A stretch of 64,000 nucleotides of DNA from Thermoanaerobaculia bacterium (GTDB lineage: Bacteria; Acidobacteriota; Thermoanaerobaculia; Multivoradales; Multivoraceae), in contig JAJEBV010000015.1 in assembly GCA_022822365.1 (NCBI GenBank), positions 157,688 through 221,687 of the forward strand, read 5' to 3'. Both the position numbers and the translations under genes were made by a program. The stretch's first letter is position 1. Each line of letters begins with the position of its first letter. The notes beneath the pieces were generated by a model, which saw only the letters and a list, made by a program, of their open reading frames with translations, ran no database searches and was not told the DNA's origin. Shown here one piece after another: positions 1-9,923 of this stretch.

Positions 1-1663
1 CGTCGAGCCAGAGCTGGTTCGAGTCCGCGGTGCCCTGGGTCAGGTGGTGGCCCAGGCCCAGGGTGCGCACGACGACCTCCAGCAGGTAGTCCTCCCCCGG
101 CTCGAGCGCGGGGACCTCCGGCCGGAGCGGCGCGATCAGCTCGTCCTCGATCGTCCCGCCCGGCTTGACGCCGAAGATGTCGACGTCGACGACGCCCTCG
201 TTGAACTCGCGGTGCGCTTCGATCACCCAGTCCGGGAAGTCGAGCAGGTGGGGAATGCCCGTGTTGGCGGACGGGAACAGGTGGTCGTGGACCTGGGTGA
301 CGTCCGGCCGTTCGCTCTCCGGGTAGCGCTGCGAACCGAAGTCCTCCGACGGCAGCAGTTCCATGTGGCAGCCGTTGCAGTTCGGCTCCGCCTTCGGCGG
401 GTAGTAGAAGCTCGCCACCCCGTGGCCGGAAACGCCCGAGAGCAGGTGCGAGTCGTAGTGGTTCTGGCCGCGCAGGAACTTGTAGTGGTTGAGCTCCTCC
501 GGCAGGTGGACCTTGTGACAGGCGCCGCAGAACTCGGAGGTCTCGTGCAGGGGCTTGAGGAACGTCCGCTTGTGCAGCTCCGGCTTGGCCTTGACGAGCT
601 GATGGTTGACGAAGCGGAGCACTCCGGAGTCCGAGAAGGCGAACAGATAGTGCTGGGGCTCCTCGATCGTGTAGTCGGCGTTGCCGCGCGGGCTGTTGAT
701 GTGGGTGATCGCGTGGCAGGAGGTGCAGGTGATCCCGGCATGGGCGGACGGCTGGTCGACGTCGAACTCCGGATCGTCGAAGGCGCCCGAGAAGAAGACG
801 ACCGGGTCGTGGCAACCGGCGCAGAAGCGGGACGCCTGGACGTCGCCGGAGCGCTCGTACGCCTTGTCGCGGGTCTGCTGCACCGAGAAGCTGTACGCCG
901 GGTTGTTGAAGGAGCTGAAGCGGTGGGCGCTGTAGGCCCAGCGGCCGTGGATGTCCTCGTGACACTCTACGCAGTAGGCGTCGTTGCTCAGCGCGTGCTC
1001 CGGGATGAAGCCGCCGCTCGCGGTGCGCGCCAGCGACGGGAAGAAGTACTGCTCGCCCGACGCCGGACCCTCCACGTTCCAGGCCCGCGGATCCTGGAAC
1101 TGAAGCACCAGGGCGACGCCGACCAGCACCACGGCCGCCGCGGCCACCCGCCCGCCGATCCGCCAGTTGATCCGCTTGCCGGCCAGCCGGTGGAGGACGA
1201 ACAGCCAGACCGCGACCAGTGGCGCCAGCACGTGGAGCCAGTAGGCGACGCCGCGTACGGCGGGGTCGTTCACCGTGATCACGCCCTCGATCCGGGTCAG
1301 CACGATGCCGCTGAAGAGCAGAACGAGCGCTGTTCCGAACAGCGCGTAGCCGACCTTCACCGCGCGCCGATTGGGACGGTTCCGGGCGTTGCGCATGTGG
1401 GCCAGGCCGAACCAGATGACCGGCAGCACGAACAGGGCCCCCACCGCCAGGTGCAGCAGGAACATCGAGATGTAGAACCAGTTCTGGTAGGTCTCGCCGG
1501 ACGCCGCTTCGGCCATGCGGACCCCGGACAGGTAGAAGGAGTTCACCGCGAGCAGGGCGAAGAGCCCGAAGACCACCCACAGCAGCGGTTTCAGCCTCGG
1601 GCCGATGGCCGGCCGGTAGCGCCGGCGAGCGGGTCGTTTCCCGCCGCCCGCGTCCGTGGTCAC
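1..1663 (-). CDS. Membrane-anchored multiheme c-type cytochrome (3' end runs off the window)
   Basis: Not in the ORF track because there is no stop in the window. GTG at 1663 overlaps the TGA of the upstream gene. Reads MTTDAGGGKRPARRRYRPAIGPRLKPLLWVVFGLFALLAVNSFYL with several hydrophobic helices, then five in-frame CxxCH motifs: CVECH 959-973, CAGCH 809-823, CTSCH 713-727, CGACH 515-529, CNGCH 365-379. Confidence 0.85.
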   Translation of the reverse strand, partial: MTTDAGGGKRPARRRYRPAIGPRLKPLLWVVFGLFALLAVNSFYLSGVRMAEAASGETYQNWFYISMFLLHLAVGALFVLPVIWFGLAHMRNARNRPNRRAVKVGYALFGTALVLLFSGIVLTRIEGVITVNDPAVRGVAYWLHVLAPLVAVWLFVLHRLAGKRINWRIGGRVAAAAVVLVGVALVLQFQDPRAWNVEGPASGEQYFFPSLARTASGGFIPEHALSNDAYCVECHEDIHGRWAYSAHRFSSFNNPAYSFSVQQTRDKAYERSGDVQASRFCAGCHDPVVFFSGAFDDPEFDVDQPSAHAGITCTSCHAITHINSPRGNADYTIEEPQHYLFAFSDSGVLRFVNHQLVKAKPELHKRTFLKPLHETSEFCGACHKVHLPEELNHYKFLRGQNHYDSHLLSGVSGHGVASFYYPPKAEPNCNGCHMELLPSEDFGSQRYPESERPDVTQVHDHLFPSANTGIPHLLDFPDWVIEAHREFNEGVVDVDIFGVKPGGTIEDELIAPLRPEVPALEPGEDYLLEVVVRTLGLGHHLTQGTADSNQLWLD

Positions 1664-3405
1664 GGTCCCGCTCCGGTCGCTCCCGTAAGCCGCAGCGAAT
1701 CGCGAGCGGCGGCTTCGATCTCGTCGCCGACCAGACCGTCGAGCGCCCGCAGCAGGCGATTCGTCACCGCATAGCCCGCGCGCCGAACGCGAGACGAGGT
1801 CGGTTGCCCGGTGACTCGCACCGCGAAGGCGTAGCGGGGCGCCTGCCCGCCGCCCGCGGGGAAGAAGCCGACGTAGTTCACGTGGAACGGCTTGTCCGGA
1901 CCGCGCGCGGTGCCCGTCTTCATCGCCACCTGCAGCCGCCGCGGGGCGACCCGGTTCGCGGTGCCGCCCGGCGACACGACGGCGCGCATCGATTCGTGGA
2001 GCGCCGGCAACCAGGACGGATCCAGGACCGGGACGGCCTGCGGATCGTTGGCGACCGGTGTCCGCGGCGAGATGCCGAGCAGGCCGTCCGCCTGCAGGAC
2101 GAACCTGGGCTCGCGGCGCAACCCGTCAGAGAGCGTGGCGGCGAACACCGCGGCGCCGAGAGGCGTGATGGACGCCTCCTCGAGACCGATCGAGAGATCG
2201 CCGAGCCGCTTGCCCGGATGGCGGTACTCATGCACCACGCCGACGGCGTTCCTCGGCACGGCGGCGCCCTGAGGGCCGCCGATCACGAAGCCGTAGCGCT
2301 CGTACTCCTCCACCAGGGCCCGGTCGCCAACGTCCATCGCGAGCCGGGCGAACGAGACGTTGCAACTGCTCGCCATCGCGTCGGTGAGCCCCCTGAGCCG
2401 CCCGCGGATCGCGGCGCAGTAGAGACGCTCGCCGTCCATCAGCACCGAGCCCCGGCAGGTCATGTTGGCGATCTCCTCGTCCGGGTCGAGGCCGGCCCGC
2501 ATAGCGGCCGTCGTGGTGATCAGCTTGGCGATCGAGGCCGGTTCGCGCGGGTCGAGCACGCTGTCGCCGCGCGCCCGCCAGCGGCTTCTTCGGTTCCGGT
2601 TGCTGACCGCCGCCACCACCGCGCCCGACGGGAGCTCGAGGATCGTGATCGCTCCCTCCTCCCGTCCCAGCGCCCTGGCGGCCGCCTCGCTCCAGGCCCG
2701 GTCGATCGTCAGCCGCAGCGCCCTCGCGCCGGCCGTGGAGGCGGCCATCGCCCCCGGCCCCGCGGCGGCCAGGCCGGGCGGCTGAAGTGCGGGAGGAAGC
2801 AGGTCGGTCCCCAGTTCGGGCGGAACGAGTCCCGCCGGCAGATCCTCTTCCAGGGTCAATGAACGGTCATCGCCGATCGATCCCAACGGCCGGCCCCTAC
2901 GGTCGAACAGCAGTTGCTGGACGCCCGAGGCGTCGACCAGTTGCGCCCGGCGCAGCCGCTGCTCGAAGGCCGACGCGGGCGGTTCGACGACGGACTCCAC
3001 CGCAGCCTCGCCGGAACCGGCCTCCGCATCCGCGGCAACCGGACGGTTCAAGCCGAGTTCGACTTCGGCAGCCTCCAGCAGTGCCGGCGGCAGGTGCTCG
3101 GCGTACTCGCCGTAGAGATCCGCCACCTCCCGCCAGCGACTCTCTCCGGCCGCTTGCCGGGCGGCAAGGCCGAGCAGTTGCGGCGCCCTCTCGGCGAGCT
3201 CCGCGAAGTCCGCGCCCGCTATCGCCGCTTCCGCCATCCGCAGGTCGACACGCGCCTGGCGCACGTCCTGCCGGACCCGGAACGAAAGCACGGCCGCCAC
3301 CGCGAGGGCCAGCACCAGCACCGCCTGAACCCGCCGGCGCGGAGGCCAGAGGACGCGCCACGTCTCCGCGACGCCGCGCCCAGGGTTCTTCCGGTTACCG
3401 CTCAT
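1660..3405 (-). CDS. Penicillin-binding protein, transpeptidase domain (PbpA-like)
   Basis: SxxK (SIAK), SxN (SCN) and KTG (KTGT) motifs in order; N-terminal TM helix. Start moved to ATG 3405, which has an AGGAG SD. Confidence 0.85.
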   Translation of the reverse strand: MSGNRKNPGRGVAETWRVLWPPRRRVQAVLVLALAVAAVLSFRVRQDVRQARVDLRMAEAAIAGADFAELAERAPQLLGLAARQAAGESRWREVADLYGEYAEHLPPALLEAAEVELGLNRPVAADAEAGSGEAAVESVVEPPASAFEQRLRRAQLVDASGVQQLLFDRRGRPLGSIGDDRSLTLEEDLPAGLVPPELGTDLLPPALQPPGLAAAGPGAMAASTAGARALRLTIDRAWSEAAARALGREEGAITILELPSGAVVAAVSNRNRRSRWRARGDSVLDPREPASIAKLITTTAAMRAGLDPDEEIANMTCRGSVLMDGERLYCAAIRGRLRGLTDAMASSCNVSFARLAMDVGDRALVEEYERYGFVIGGPQGAAVPRNAVGVVHEYRHPGKRLGDLSIGLEEASITPLGAAVFAATLSDGLRREPRFVLQADGLLGISPRTPVANDPQAVPVLDPSWLPALHESMRAVVSPGGTANRVAPRRLQVAMKTGTARGPDKPFHVNYVGFFPAGGGQAPRYAFAVRVTGQPTSSRVRRAGYAVTNRLLRALDGLVGDEIEAAARDSLRLTGATGAGP

Positions 3406-3430
3406 CTCCTCGCCGCGCCTGGAAGGCGGC

Positions 3431-5026
3431 TCAGAATACCAACTGCACCCACTCTCCATCGATCTGGGTGATCGTCGAGCGCACGCCGGGCAGGATCTGC
3501 TCGTCGAGCAGCGTCCCGCGCCAGGAGTCCAGCTCGGCCTCCAGCCGCGCGACGACGTCCGGTTGCTCCGCCGCCAGGTTGTTCGCTTCGCCGACATCCG
3601 CGTCGAGGTCGTAGAGCAGGGTGAGCTGGCCGTGCGGCGAGTCCGTCGGCCAGCCGCCCTCCGGCGGCTGCAGGCGGCCGTCCCCGCGCAGGTTGTCGGG
3701 ACGGAAGTCCGTACGGTTCAGCTTGATCAGCTTGTACTGCGCATCCCGGATCGCGACGCTCGCGCCGGCCCGCCAGTACAGGTACTCGTGCGGTGCGCCT
3801 TCCGCTTCGCCCGTCATGTACGGCAGCAGGTTCACGCTGTCTTCGGTCTCCGCCTCTTCGCCCGCCGCCGCGGTGAACGTCGCCATGTAGTCGAGCGTGA
3901 TCACCGGATGACTGATCTCCTGCCCGCCATCGACGGCCGCCGGCCAGCTCATGATGAACGGGATCCGGACGCCGCCCTCGTGGTGGTAGCGCTTGAAACC
4001 GAACAGCGGAGCGTTCGAGCAGGCGTTGCCGATGTAGCCGGCGCAGCCGTTGTCGCTGGCGAAGGCGATCAGCGTGTTCTCGTACACGCCCTGAGCCTTC
4101 AGCGTCTCGACCACCCGCCGCACGCTCTCGTCGAGCGAAGCGACCATCGCCGCGTAGACCCGCGTCCGCTGATCCTCGATGTGGCGGTACCCCTCGAGGT
4201 ACTCGGCCGTCGCCTGCAGCGGCGTGTGCGGCGTGGTGTGGCTGAGGTAGAGAAAGAAGGGCTCGTCCCCGGCCGCGCCGCGCTCGATGAAGTCGACCGC
4301 CTCGTCGGTGAAGACGTCCGTGAGATAACGCTCGACCTTCTCCTCCTCGAATCCGCGCAGCACCTTGTTCCGGCGCTCCGTCGGCCCCTCTTCGCCGCGA
4401 CGCGAGCCGTACTCCACGCCCGGCAGGCTGGAGTCGATGAAGATGCTGCCGCCTTCCAGGACGCCGAAGTACTCGTCGAAGCCGCGGCTCATCGGGTGGT
4501 GCGCCTCCTGGTGGCCCAGGTGCCACTTGCCGACCATGCCGGTCCGGTAGCCCAGAGCCTTCAGGCGGTCGGCCAACGTCGCCTCGTCGAGGCTCATGCC
4601 GGCGTTCACGTCGCGGCCCGCCGGGTTGAACTCCCAGCCGTGGCGCTGCTGGTAGCGGCCGGTGACCAGCCCGGCCCGCGACGGGCTGCACACCGGGTGA
4701 CTGACGTAGCCGTCCGTGAACAGGACGCCGTTCGCCGCCAGCGCGTCGATGTGCGGCGTCGAGATGATCTCGCTGCCGTAGATGCCGATGTCGGCGTAGC
4801 CGAGATCGTCGGCGAGGATCAGCACGATGTTTGGCGGACCGGCGCCAGAGTCCGTGGCCGGCGCGTCGGCTTCGGGCACACCGCCACAGGAAGTCGAGAG
4901 CCCAGCGGCCGCCGCCAGAGCCGCAGCGACCGGCCACTGGGTGCGCCGGCGCCCTCGCCGGCTTCCTGGAGAATCGCGCCGCGAAGCGGCCACTACTCCG
5001 CCGCGCTCGGGGTCTCGCATCGTCAT
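3431..5026 (-). CDS. Arylsulfatase A-like sulfatase, probable lipoprotein
   Basis: PNIVLILADDLGY, CSPSRAGLVTG (CxPxR), GKWHLG, SDNG; lipobox-like LSTSC. Confidence 0.92.
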   Translation of the reverse strand: MTMRDPERGGVVAASRRDSPGSRRGRRRTQWPVAAALAAAAGLSTSCGGVPEADAPATDSGAGPPNIVLILADDLGYADIGIYGSEIISTPHIDALAANGVLFTDGYVSHPVCSPSRAGLVTGRYQQRHGWEFNPAGRDVNAGMSLDEATLADRLKALGYRTGMVGKWHLGHQEAHHPMSRGFDEYFGVLEGGSIFIDSSLPGVEYGSRRGEEGPTERRNKVLRGFEEEKVERYLTDVFTDEAVDFIERGAAGDEPFFLYLSHTTPHTPLQATAEYLEGYRHIEDQRTRVYAAMVASLDESVRRVVETLKAQGVYENTLIAFASDNGCAGYIGNACSNAPLFGFKRYHHEGGVRIPFIMSWPAAVDGGQEISHPVITLDYMATFTAAAGEEAETEDSVNLLPYMTGEAEGAPHEYLYWRAGASVAIRDAQYKLIKLNRTDFRPDNLRGDGRLQPPEGGWPTDSPHGQLTLLYDLDADVGEANNLAAEQPDVVARLEAELDSWRGTLLDEQILPGVRSTITQIDGEWVQLVF

Positions 5027-5116
5027 CCCGGCCTCCCTGGGTTCACTACGTGGTTCCGAAGAGCGTAGCGGACGCGGACCCGTGGGCCTGCTTCGTGGGC
5101 TACGCTCCGCGCTGCC

Positions 5117-6313
5117 ATGACCTCCGAAACCGCAGACCAGCCGGCGCCGGCCGAACTACCGTCCTCGGTGCAGCGCCTCGAACTCGACGAGCGCGAGGTC
5201 TTCCTCGTCGGTACCGCCCACGTCTCGCCCCAGAGCGTCCGCGACACGAAAGAGGCGATCGAAGCACTCGAACCGGACACCGTCTGCGTCGAACTGTGCC
5301 CGGCCCGCTACGAGAACCTGGAGAACCAGGATTCCTGGCGCAAGCTCGACATCTTCCAGGTCATACGCGAGGGCAAGGCCGCGCTTCTCCTCAGTTCGTT
5401 CCTCATGCACTCGTTCCAGCGGCGCCTCGCCCAGCGGTTCGGCATCGAGCCCGGCGCCGAAATGCGGGAAGCGATCGCCCGGGCCCGTGAACGCGGCGCC
5501 CGGCTCGAGCTGATCGATCGCGACATCCAGATCTCCCTGAAGCGCACCTGGGCGTCGCTCGGCTTCTGGCAGCGGACGAAGGTGATGGGCCAGTTGGCCG
5601 GCAGCGCGCTGGTCGGCGACGACCTGAAGGAAGAGGACATCGAGAAGCTCCGCGACAGCGGCAACCTCACCGACCTGATGTCGGCCCTCGCGGAGGCCCT
5701 GCCCGGCGTCAAGGGCACCTTGATCGACGAGCGCGACGCCTACATGGCCGAGAAGCTGCGCCAGTCGGCGGGGCCACGGACGGTCGCCGTCGTCGGCGCC
5801 GGGCACCTGCCCGGCATCACCGGCCTCGCCGACTCCTCCTGCAACCTCGAGGAACTCGAGCAGGTGCCGGACCCGCCGATCTGGCCGCGAATCGTCGCCT
5901 GGCTCGTGCCGATCCTGATCATCGCCCTCTTCGCCTACGGCCTCGTCTGGGGCGACAGGGAGCGCGCCGTCGAATCCGTGTACATCTGGGTCGCGCTGAA
6001 CGGCGGCCTCGCCGCTCTCGGCGCCGTCATCGCTCTGGCGCACCCGGTCACGATCCTCGCCGCCTTCGCCGCCGCGCCCCTGACCAGCCTGAATCCCCTG
6101 ATGGCGGCCGGCTGGGTCGCCGGCCTGGTCCAGGCCGTGCTGCGCAAGCCACTCGTCGCCGACATGGAGAACCTCGCCGACAGCCTGGGTTCCGTGCGCG
6201 GCTTCTGGAGCAACCGCCTCACCCGCATCCTCCTGGTCGTCGTCCTGTGCAACCTGGGCAGTGTGCTGGCGACGTTCATCGCGGGCGCGTGGATCGTCGG
6301 ACGCACGCTCTGA
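5117..6313 (+). CDS. TraB/GumN family protein (TraB/PrgY type with C-terminal TM helices)
   Basis: VGTAHVS, VCVELC, PGAEM, LIDERD, VVGAGH motifs plus hydrophobic C-terminus. Confidence 0.9.
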   Translation: MTSETADQPAPAELPSSVQRLELDEREVFLVGTAHVSPQSVRDTKEAIEALEPDTVCVELCPARYENLENQDSWRKLDIFQVIREGKAALLLSSFLMHSFQRRLAQRFGIEPGAEMREAIARARERGARLELIDRDIQISLKRTWASLGFWQRTKVMGQLAGSALVGDDLKEEDIEKLRDSGNLTDLMSALAEALPGVKGTLIDERDAYMAEKLRQSAGPRTVAVVGAGHLPGITGLADSSCNLEELEQVPDPPIWPRIVAWLVPILIIALFAYGLVWGDRERAVESVYIWVALNGGLAALGAVIALAHPVTILAAFAAAPLTSLNPLMAAGWVAGLVQAVLRKPLVADMENLADSLGSVRGFWSNRLTRILLVVVLCNLGSVLATFIAGAWIVGRTL

Positions 6314-6353
6314 AAACCCCCCGCTGACGGGAAGGGAACAACCTCCGCCTGTC

Positions 6354-6423
6354 GGTGCGCGGGTCTTCTGACCCGCTGCCGCCGTAGGCGGCAAAGAAAC
6401 GCGCCGGCCGTCAGGCCGGCTCC
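6354..6423 (+). repeat. Triple-hairpin REP-like element, copy 1
   Basis: 39-nt core GGTGCGCGGGTCTTCTGACCCGCTGCCGCCGTAGGCGGC (6354-6392) plus third hairpin GCCGGCC-GTCA-GGCCGGC; near-identical copies at 27237, 45034 (reverse) and 50789. Confidence 0.9.
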
Positions 6424-6445
6424 GCTCCAACCCACGCAACTTAAT

Positions 6446-6488
6446 CTTGCATCCAACGTTCCGCAAGAGCTATCCTCGCCATCCAACG
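6446..6488 (+). promoter_or_regulatory. Putative sigma70 promoter/operator of the XRE-IrrE gene
   Basis: TTGCAT(6447)-N18-TATCCT(6471); inverted repeat CTTGC-N12-GCAAG; direct repeat CATCCAACG at 6450 and 6480. Confidence 0.4.
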
Positions 6489-6514
6489 GCAACCGGCAGG
6501 AGGCAGCCGACACC

Positions 6515-7645
6515 ATGCCCACGTCACCGATCGGCGCACGCATCAAAGCACTGCGCGAGCAGCACAAACTCACCCAGCAGGATCTGGCCCGCGTCTTCGG
6601 CTTCAACGACCGCCAGACCGTCTCGGCCATCGAGAGCGGCACGCGCCGCCTGAAGGCTGAGGAACTGCTTCTGGTCGTGGAGAAGTTCCCCGTCTCGCTC
6701 GACTACTTCACCGATCCCTTCCTGCTCGTCGGCGAAGGGAAGTTCTCCTGGCGCCACTCGGGCGTAACTGACGAGGAACTCTGCGAGTACGAGCAGCGCG
6801 CCGGCCGCTGGATCGCCGCCTATCGTCACCTGGCGCCTCAAGTGGGCGTGGAATCTCCGCTCCTGCGCCGCTCGCTGCCGCTGCGACCGCGTTCGAGCTA
6901 CGAAGCCGCGATGGCGGCTGGAGAGCGCTTCCGTGCCGAGTTCGAGATCGGCCCGGTGCCCGCGGAGGGCCTCGCCCGGGTCATGGAAGAGGAACTCGGG
7001 ATCCTCGTCTTGATGGTGGATGCCGAACCGGGCATTTCCGGCGCAGCCTGCCGTCTCCCGGAACTCGACGCCGCGCTCATCGCCCGCGCGGAAGTCGCCG
7101 GCCGGCGCCACTTCGACCTGGCTCACGAACTCTTCCATCTCCTCACCTGGCCCGCCATGCCGCCGGAACACTCGGAACGGGCAACGACCACCGGAGGCAA
7201 TCGGGTAGAGCAACTGGCGAACAACTTCGCCGGCGCGCTGCTGATGCCGGCGGAGGTCATCAGGCGGCGCGGCCCCTGGTCCGGACTCGATGAGTCGAAC
7301 CTCGTTGCGCGTCTGAACCGCGTGGCGGATGAACTGCAGGTGACCTCGTCCGCGCTGAGCTGGCGCCTGGTTGCACTGAAGCAACTCAGCAAGAGCGCCG
7401 GCGCCTCGCTACCCGAGGCCGCGCTGAGAAACAACGGCCGTCCAAGCGTCGAGATGAAGAACGGGGGAATTCAGGCGGAAAAGCCGCCGCCCAGGTTCTC
7501 GAGACGCTTCGCCGAAGTCATGGCCCTCGCCGTCGACAAGGGCTTCATCTCGCTTCGCCGTACTGCGACTCTGCTCGAGTGTCCCGTCGAAGGTGTAGGC
7601 GACCTGTTCGCCGAACATGGTCTCAACCGTCCCGTCGAGCGGTGA
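6515..7645 (+). CDS. XRE-family HTH fused to ImmA/IrrE (peptidase M78) metallopeptidase
   Basis: N-terminal HTH (IKALREQHKLTQQDLA), RRHFDLAHELFH (HExxH), EQLANNFAGALLMP. Confidence 0.9.
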   Translation: MPTSPIGARIKALREQHKLTQQDLARVFGFNDRQTVSAIESGTRRLKAEELLLVVEKFPVSLDYFTDPFLLVGEGKFSWRHSGVTDEELCEYEQRAGRWIAAYRHLAPQVGVESPLLRRSLPLRPRSSYEAAMAAGERFRAEFEIGPVPAEGLARVMEEELGILVLMVDAEPGISGAACRLPELDAALIARAEVAGRRHFDLAHELFHLLTWPAMPPEHSERATTTGGNRVEQLANNFAGALLMPAEVIRRRGPWSGLDESNLVARLNRVADELQVTSSALSWRLVALKQLSKSAGASLPEAALRNNGRPSVEMKNGGIQAEKPPPRFSRRFAEVMALAVDKGFISLRRTATLLECPVEGVGDLFAEHGLNRPVER

Positions 7646-7755
7646 GCGAGCTGGTTCTTGATCTCGGACTGTAGAAGATCCGCCAGATCAAGGTGACAAA
7701 CTAGCGCCGCAATGACGAACGGGCCCGCGACAGGCGGCCTCAAAGGAGCCGATTC

Positions 7756-8433
7756 ATGACGGAACGGACGACATACGAACAGGTCGGCGACGTGGCCCTG
7801 ATCACGATGGACGACGGCAAGGCGAACGTCTTCGGACCGCCCATGATCGCCGCCGTGAACGCCCAGCTCGACCGTGCCGCGGACGAGGCCAAAGCCGTCG
7901 TCCTGACCGGCCGGCCAGGCCTGTTCTCCGGCGGGTTCGACCTGAACGTGTTTCGCGATGGAGGCCCGGAACAGGCCCGCGCGATGGGACTCGCCGGGGC
8001 CCGTCTGATGATGCGCCTGTACGGCTGGCCGCAACCCCTGGTCGTCGCGGCCAGCGGACACGCCATCGCGCTCGGCGCGCTCTGCGTGCTCACCGGCGAC
8101 CACCGCCTGGCGGCGGACGGCGACTTCCGGTTCGGGCTGAACGAGGTCGCGATCGGCAGGACGCTGCCGCCGTTCGCCTGGCTGCTGGCCAGGGAACGGC
8201 TCTCCAGGCGCGCCCTGACGCAAGCCGCCCTGACCGCGAGGATGTACGACGCCGAGGGCGCGCGCGATGCCGGTTTCGTCGACGCGCTCGCGCCGGCCGG
8301 CGAGCTGCGCGACGCCGCCCTAAAGCGGGCCGCGCAGTTGGCGGAACTCGACGCCAACGCGTTTTCCGCCATGAAGCAGGGCCTGAGGGGCGACGGCATC
8401 GACGCCGTGCTTGCCGGTCTCGAGGGAAGCTGA
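7756..8433 (+). CDS. Crotonase/enoyl-CoA hydratase family protein
   Basis: MDDGKAN, FSGGFDL, GHAIALG, GLNEVAIG motifs. Confidence 0.9.
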   Translation: MTERTTYEQVGDVALITMDDGKANVFGPPMIAAVNAQLDRAADEAKAVVLTGRPGLFSGGFDLNVFRDGGPEQARAMGLAGARLMMRLYGWPQPLVVAASGHAIALGALCVLTGDHRLAADGDFRFGLNEVAIGRTLPPFAWLLARERLSRRALTQAALTARMYDAEGARDAGFVDALAPAGELRDAALKRAAQLAELDANAFSAMKQGLRGDGIDAVLAGLEGS

Positions 8434-8440
8434 CAACGAA

Positions 8441-9172
8441 ATGGCTCTTGACATCTACTTCAGCGCCACGCCCAACGGCTGGAAGATCTCGATCATGCTC
8501 GAGGAGCTGCGCGAGGCGGGAGTCGAACTGCCCGAGACGCGCATCCACATGGTCGATCTCTCGGCCGGCGACCAGTTCACGCCCGAGTTCACCGCGATCA
8601 ACCCGAACCAGAAGATGCCGGCCCTGGTGGACGACGGTCGCGCCGTCATGGAGAGCTGCGCCATCCTGCAGTACCTCGGCGAGCAGTACCCGACATCGCT
8701 CTTCCCGACGGACGAGCGGCGCTGGGACGTGCTTCCCTGGCTCTACTGGCAGGCCGCCAATCTCGGCCCGGCCTTCGGCAACAAGCTGAGCTACACGCGC
8801 TACATCGACATTCCCGATGAACAGAAGGCCCATCCGCTGGAACGCTTCGGCAGGGAGTCCCTGCGGCTGGTGGCGATTCTCGGCCGCCGGTTCGAGAAGC
8901 ACCCCTACATCTGCGGGGACGACTTCACGGTTGCCGACATCTCCGTGTTCCCCTGGATCCGGGCGTACAAGTGGGCGAAGGTCGACATCACGACCCAACC
9001 CAGCGTGGTGGACTGGCTGAAGCGCGTTCGCGCCCGCCCGGGCGTGGACCGGGGAGTCGCCTACGGCGTGCCGAAGGACGAGGTCGACAGCTTCAGCAAG
9101 GAGCGCCGGGAACGCTACAAGGCGCGCGGCGCGAAGATCGCCGCCAACGAGAATCTCAAGACGTCGATCTGA
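8441..9172 (+). CDS. Glutathione S-transferase (YfcG/YghU-like)
   Basis: TPNGWK, INPNQKMP, MESCAILQYL, DFTVADI. Start moved to ATG 8441. Confidence 0.9.
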   Translation: MALDIYFSATPNGWKISIMLEELREAGVELPETRIHMVDLSAGDQFTPEFTAINPNQKMPALVDDGRAVMESCAILQYLGEQYPTSLFPTDERRWDVLPWLYWQAANLGPAFGNKLSYTRYIDIPDEQKAHPLERFGRESLRLVAILGRRFEKHPYICGDDFTVADISVFPWIRAYKWAKVDITTQPSVVDWLKRVRARPGVDRGVAYGVPKDEVDSFSKERRERYKARGAKIAANENLKTSI

Positions 9173-9248
9173 ACGCGGGGCCGAGCAGCCCGAAGCGCCC
9201 GCACGCCCTGCACGGCTACAATTCTCGAACTCGCGGATCGAACCGGCG

Positions 9249-9500
9249 ATGAACCAGGAAGCCACAGTCCAGCAGGTCCAGCTCATGGGCCACCGCATCC
9301 GGCGTCTGCGGCGCAAGAACAAGCTGACGCAGCCGGCACTGGCCGAGCGCGTCGGCATCCCGGCGTCCGACCTGTCCCGGATCGAGCGGGACGAACTCCG
9401 CGTCAGCCTGGACGTCCTGATCCGCATCGTCGCCGAGTTCAACGTCGGCCTCGACGAGCTGATGGGCAAGCCGGCCGAGGGGCGTGGCCGGCGCCGCTAG
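9249..9500 (+). CDS. XRE-family HTH transcriptional regulator
   Basis: GHRIRRLRRKNKLTQPALAERVGIPASDLSRIER, a typical HTH_3 pattern. Confidence 0.85.
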   Translation: MNQEATVQQVQLMGHRIRRLRRKNKLTQPALAERVGIPASDLSRIERDELRVSLDVLIRIVAEFNVGLDELMGKPAEGRGRRR

Positions 9501-9533
9501 CGCCGCCACCATGGGGTCGTCAGTTTGCTCGAC

Positions 9534-9923
9534 CTACGCGATCGACGCGAGATCCGTCAATGAGAAGTCCTCGCCCTTGCAGAGCAGCGGTTCGCCGAGT
9601 TGGCGAGAAAGCGCGTAGACAAAGCAGTCGCCGTAGTTGAGCCCAGCGGGGTGGCGACCCTTCCCGAAGTCCGCGAAGGCCTGACGTGCGATCCTGGCTT
9701 GAGCCAGATCGACCGGCACCACTTCGACGCCGGCCGACTCGATCAGCAGATCGAGCAACCGAACGCCTTCCGCTCCGTGACGCGACTCGAGGACCATCGA
9801 AGCCTCCACAAAGCTCGCCGCCGAGATCCGACACACGGCCGCCGCCCCGATCTTCTCCGCGAACGAGCCACGTTCCGGCTCATCCTGCAAGATCGCGAGC
9901 ATTGCCGACGTATCGATGACCAT
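9534..9923 (-). CDS. vapC: Type II TA toxin, VapC (PIN domain)
   Basis: MVIDTSA, FVE, LNYGDCFVYA, GEDF. ATG overlaps the antitoxin stop (TGATG). Confidence 0.92.
   Translation of the reverse strand: MVIDTSAMLAILQDEPERGSFAEKIGAAAVCRISAASFVEASMVLESRHGAEGVRLLDLLIESAGVEVVPVDLAQARIARQAFADFGKGRHPAGLNYGDCFVYALSRQLGEPLLCKGEDFSLTDLASIA

Noticed and set aside
44-1774. 576-aa plus-strand ORF in the track
   Set aside because: Antisense shadow of the multiheme cytochrome; no motifs of its own.
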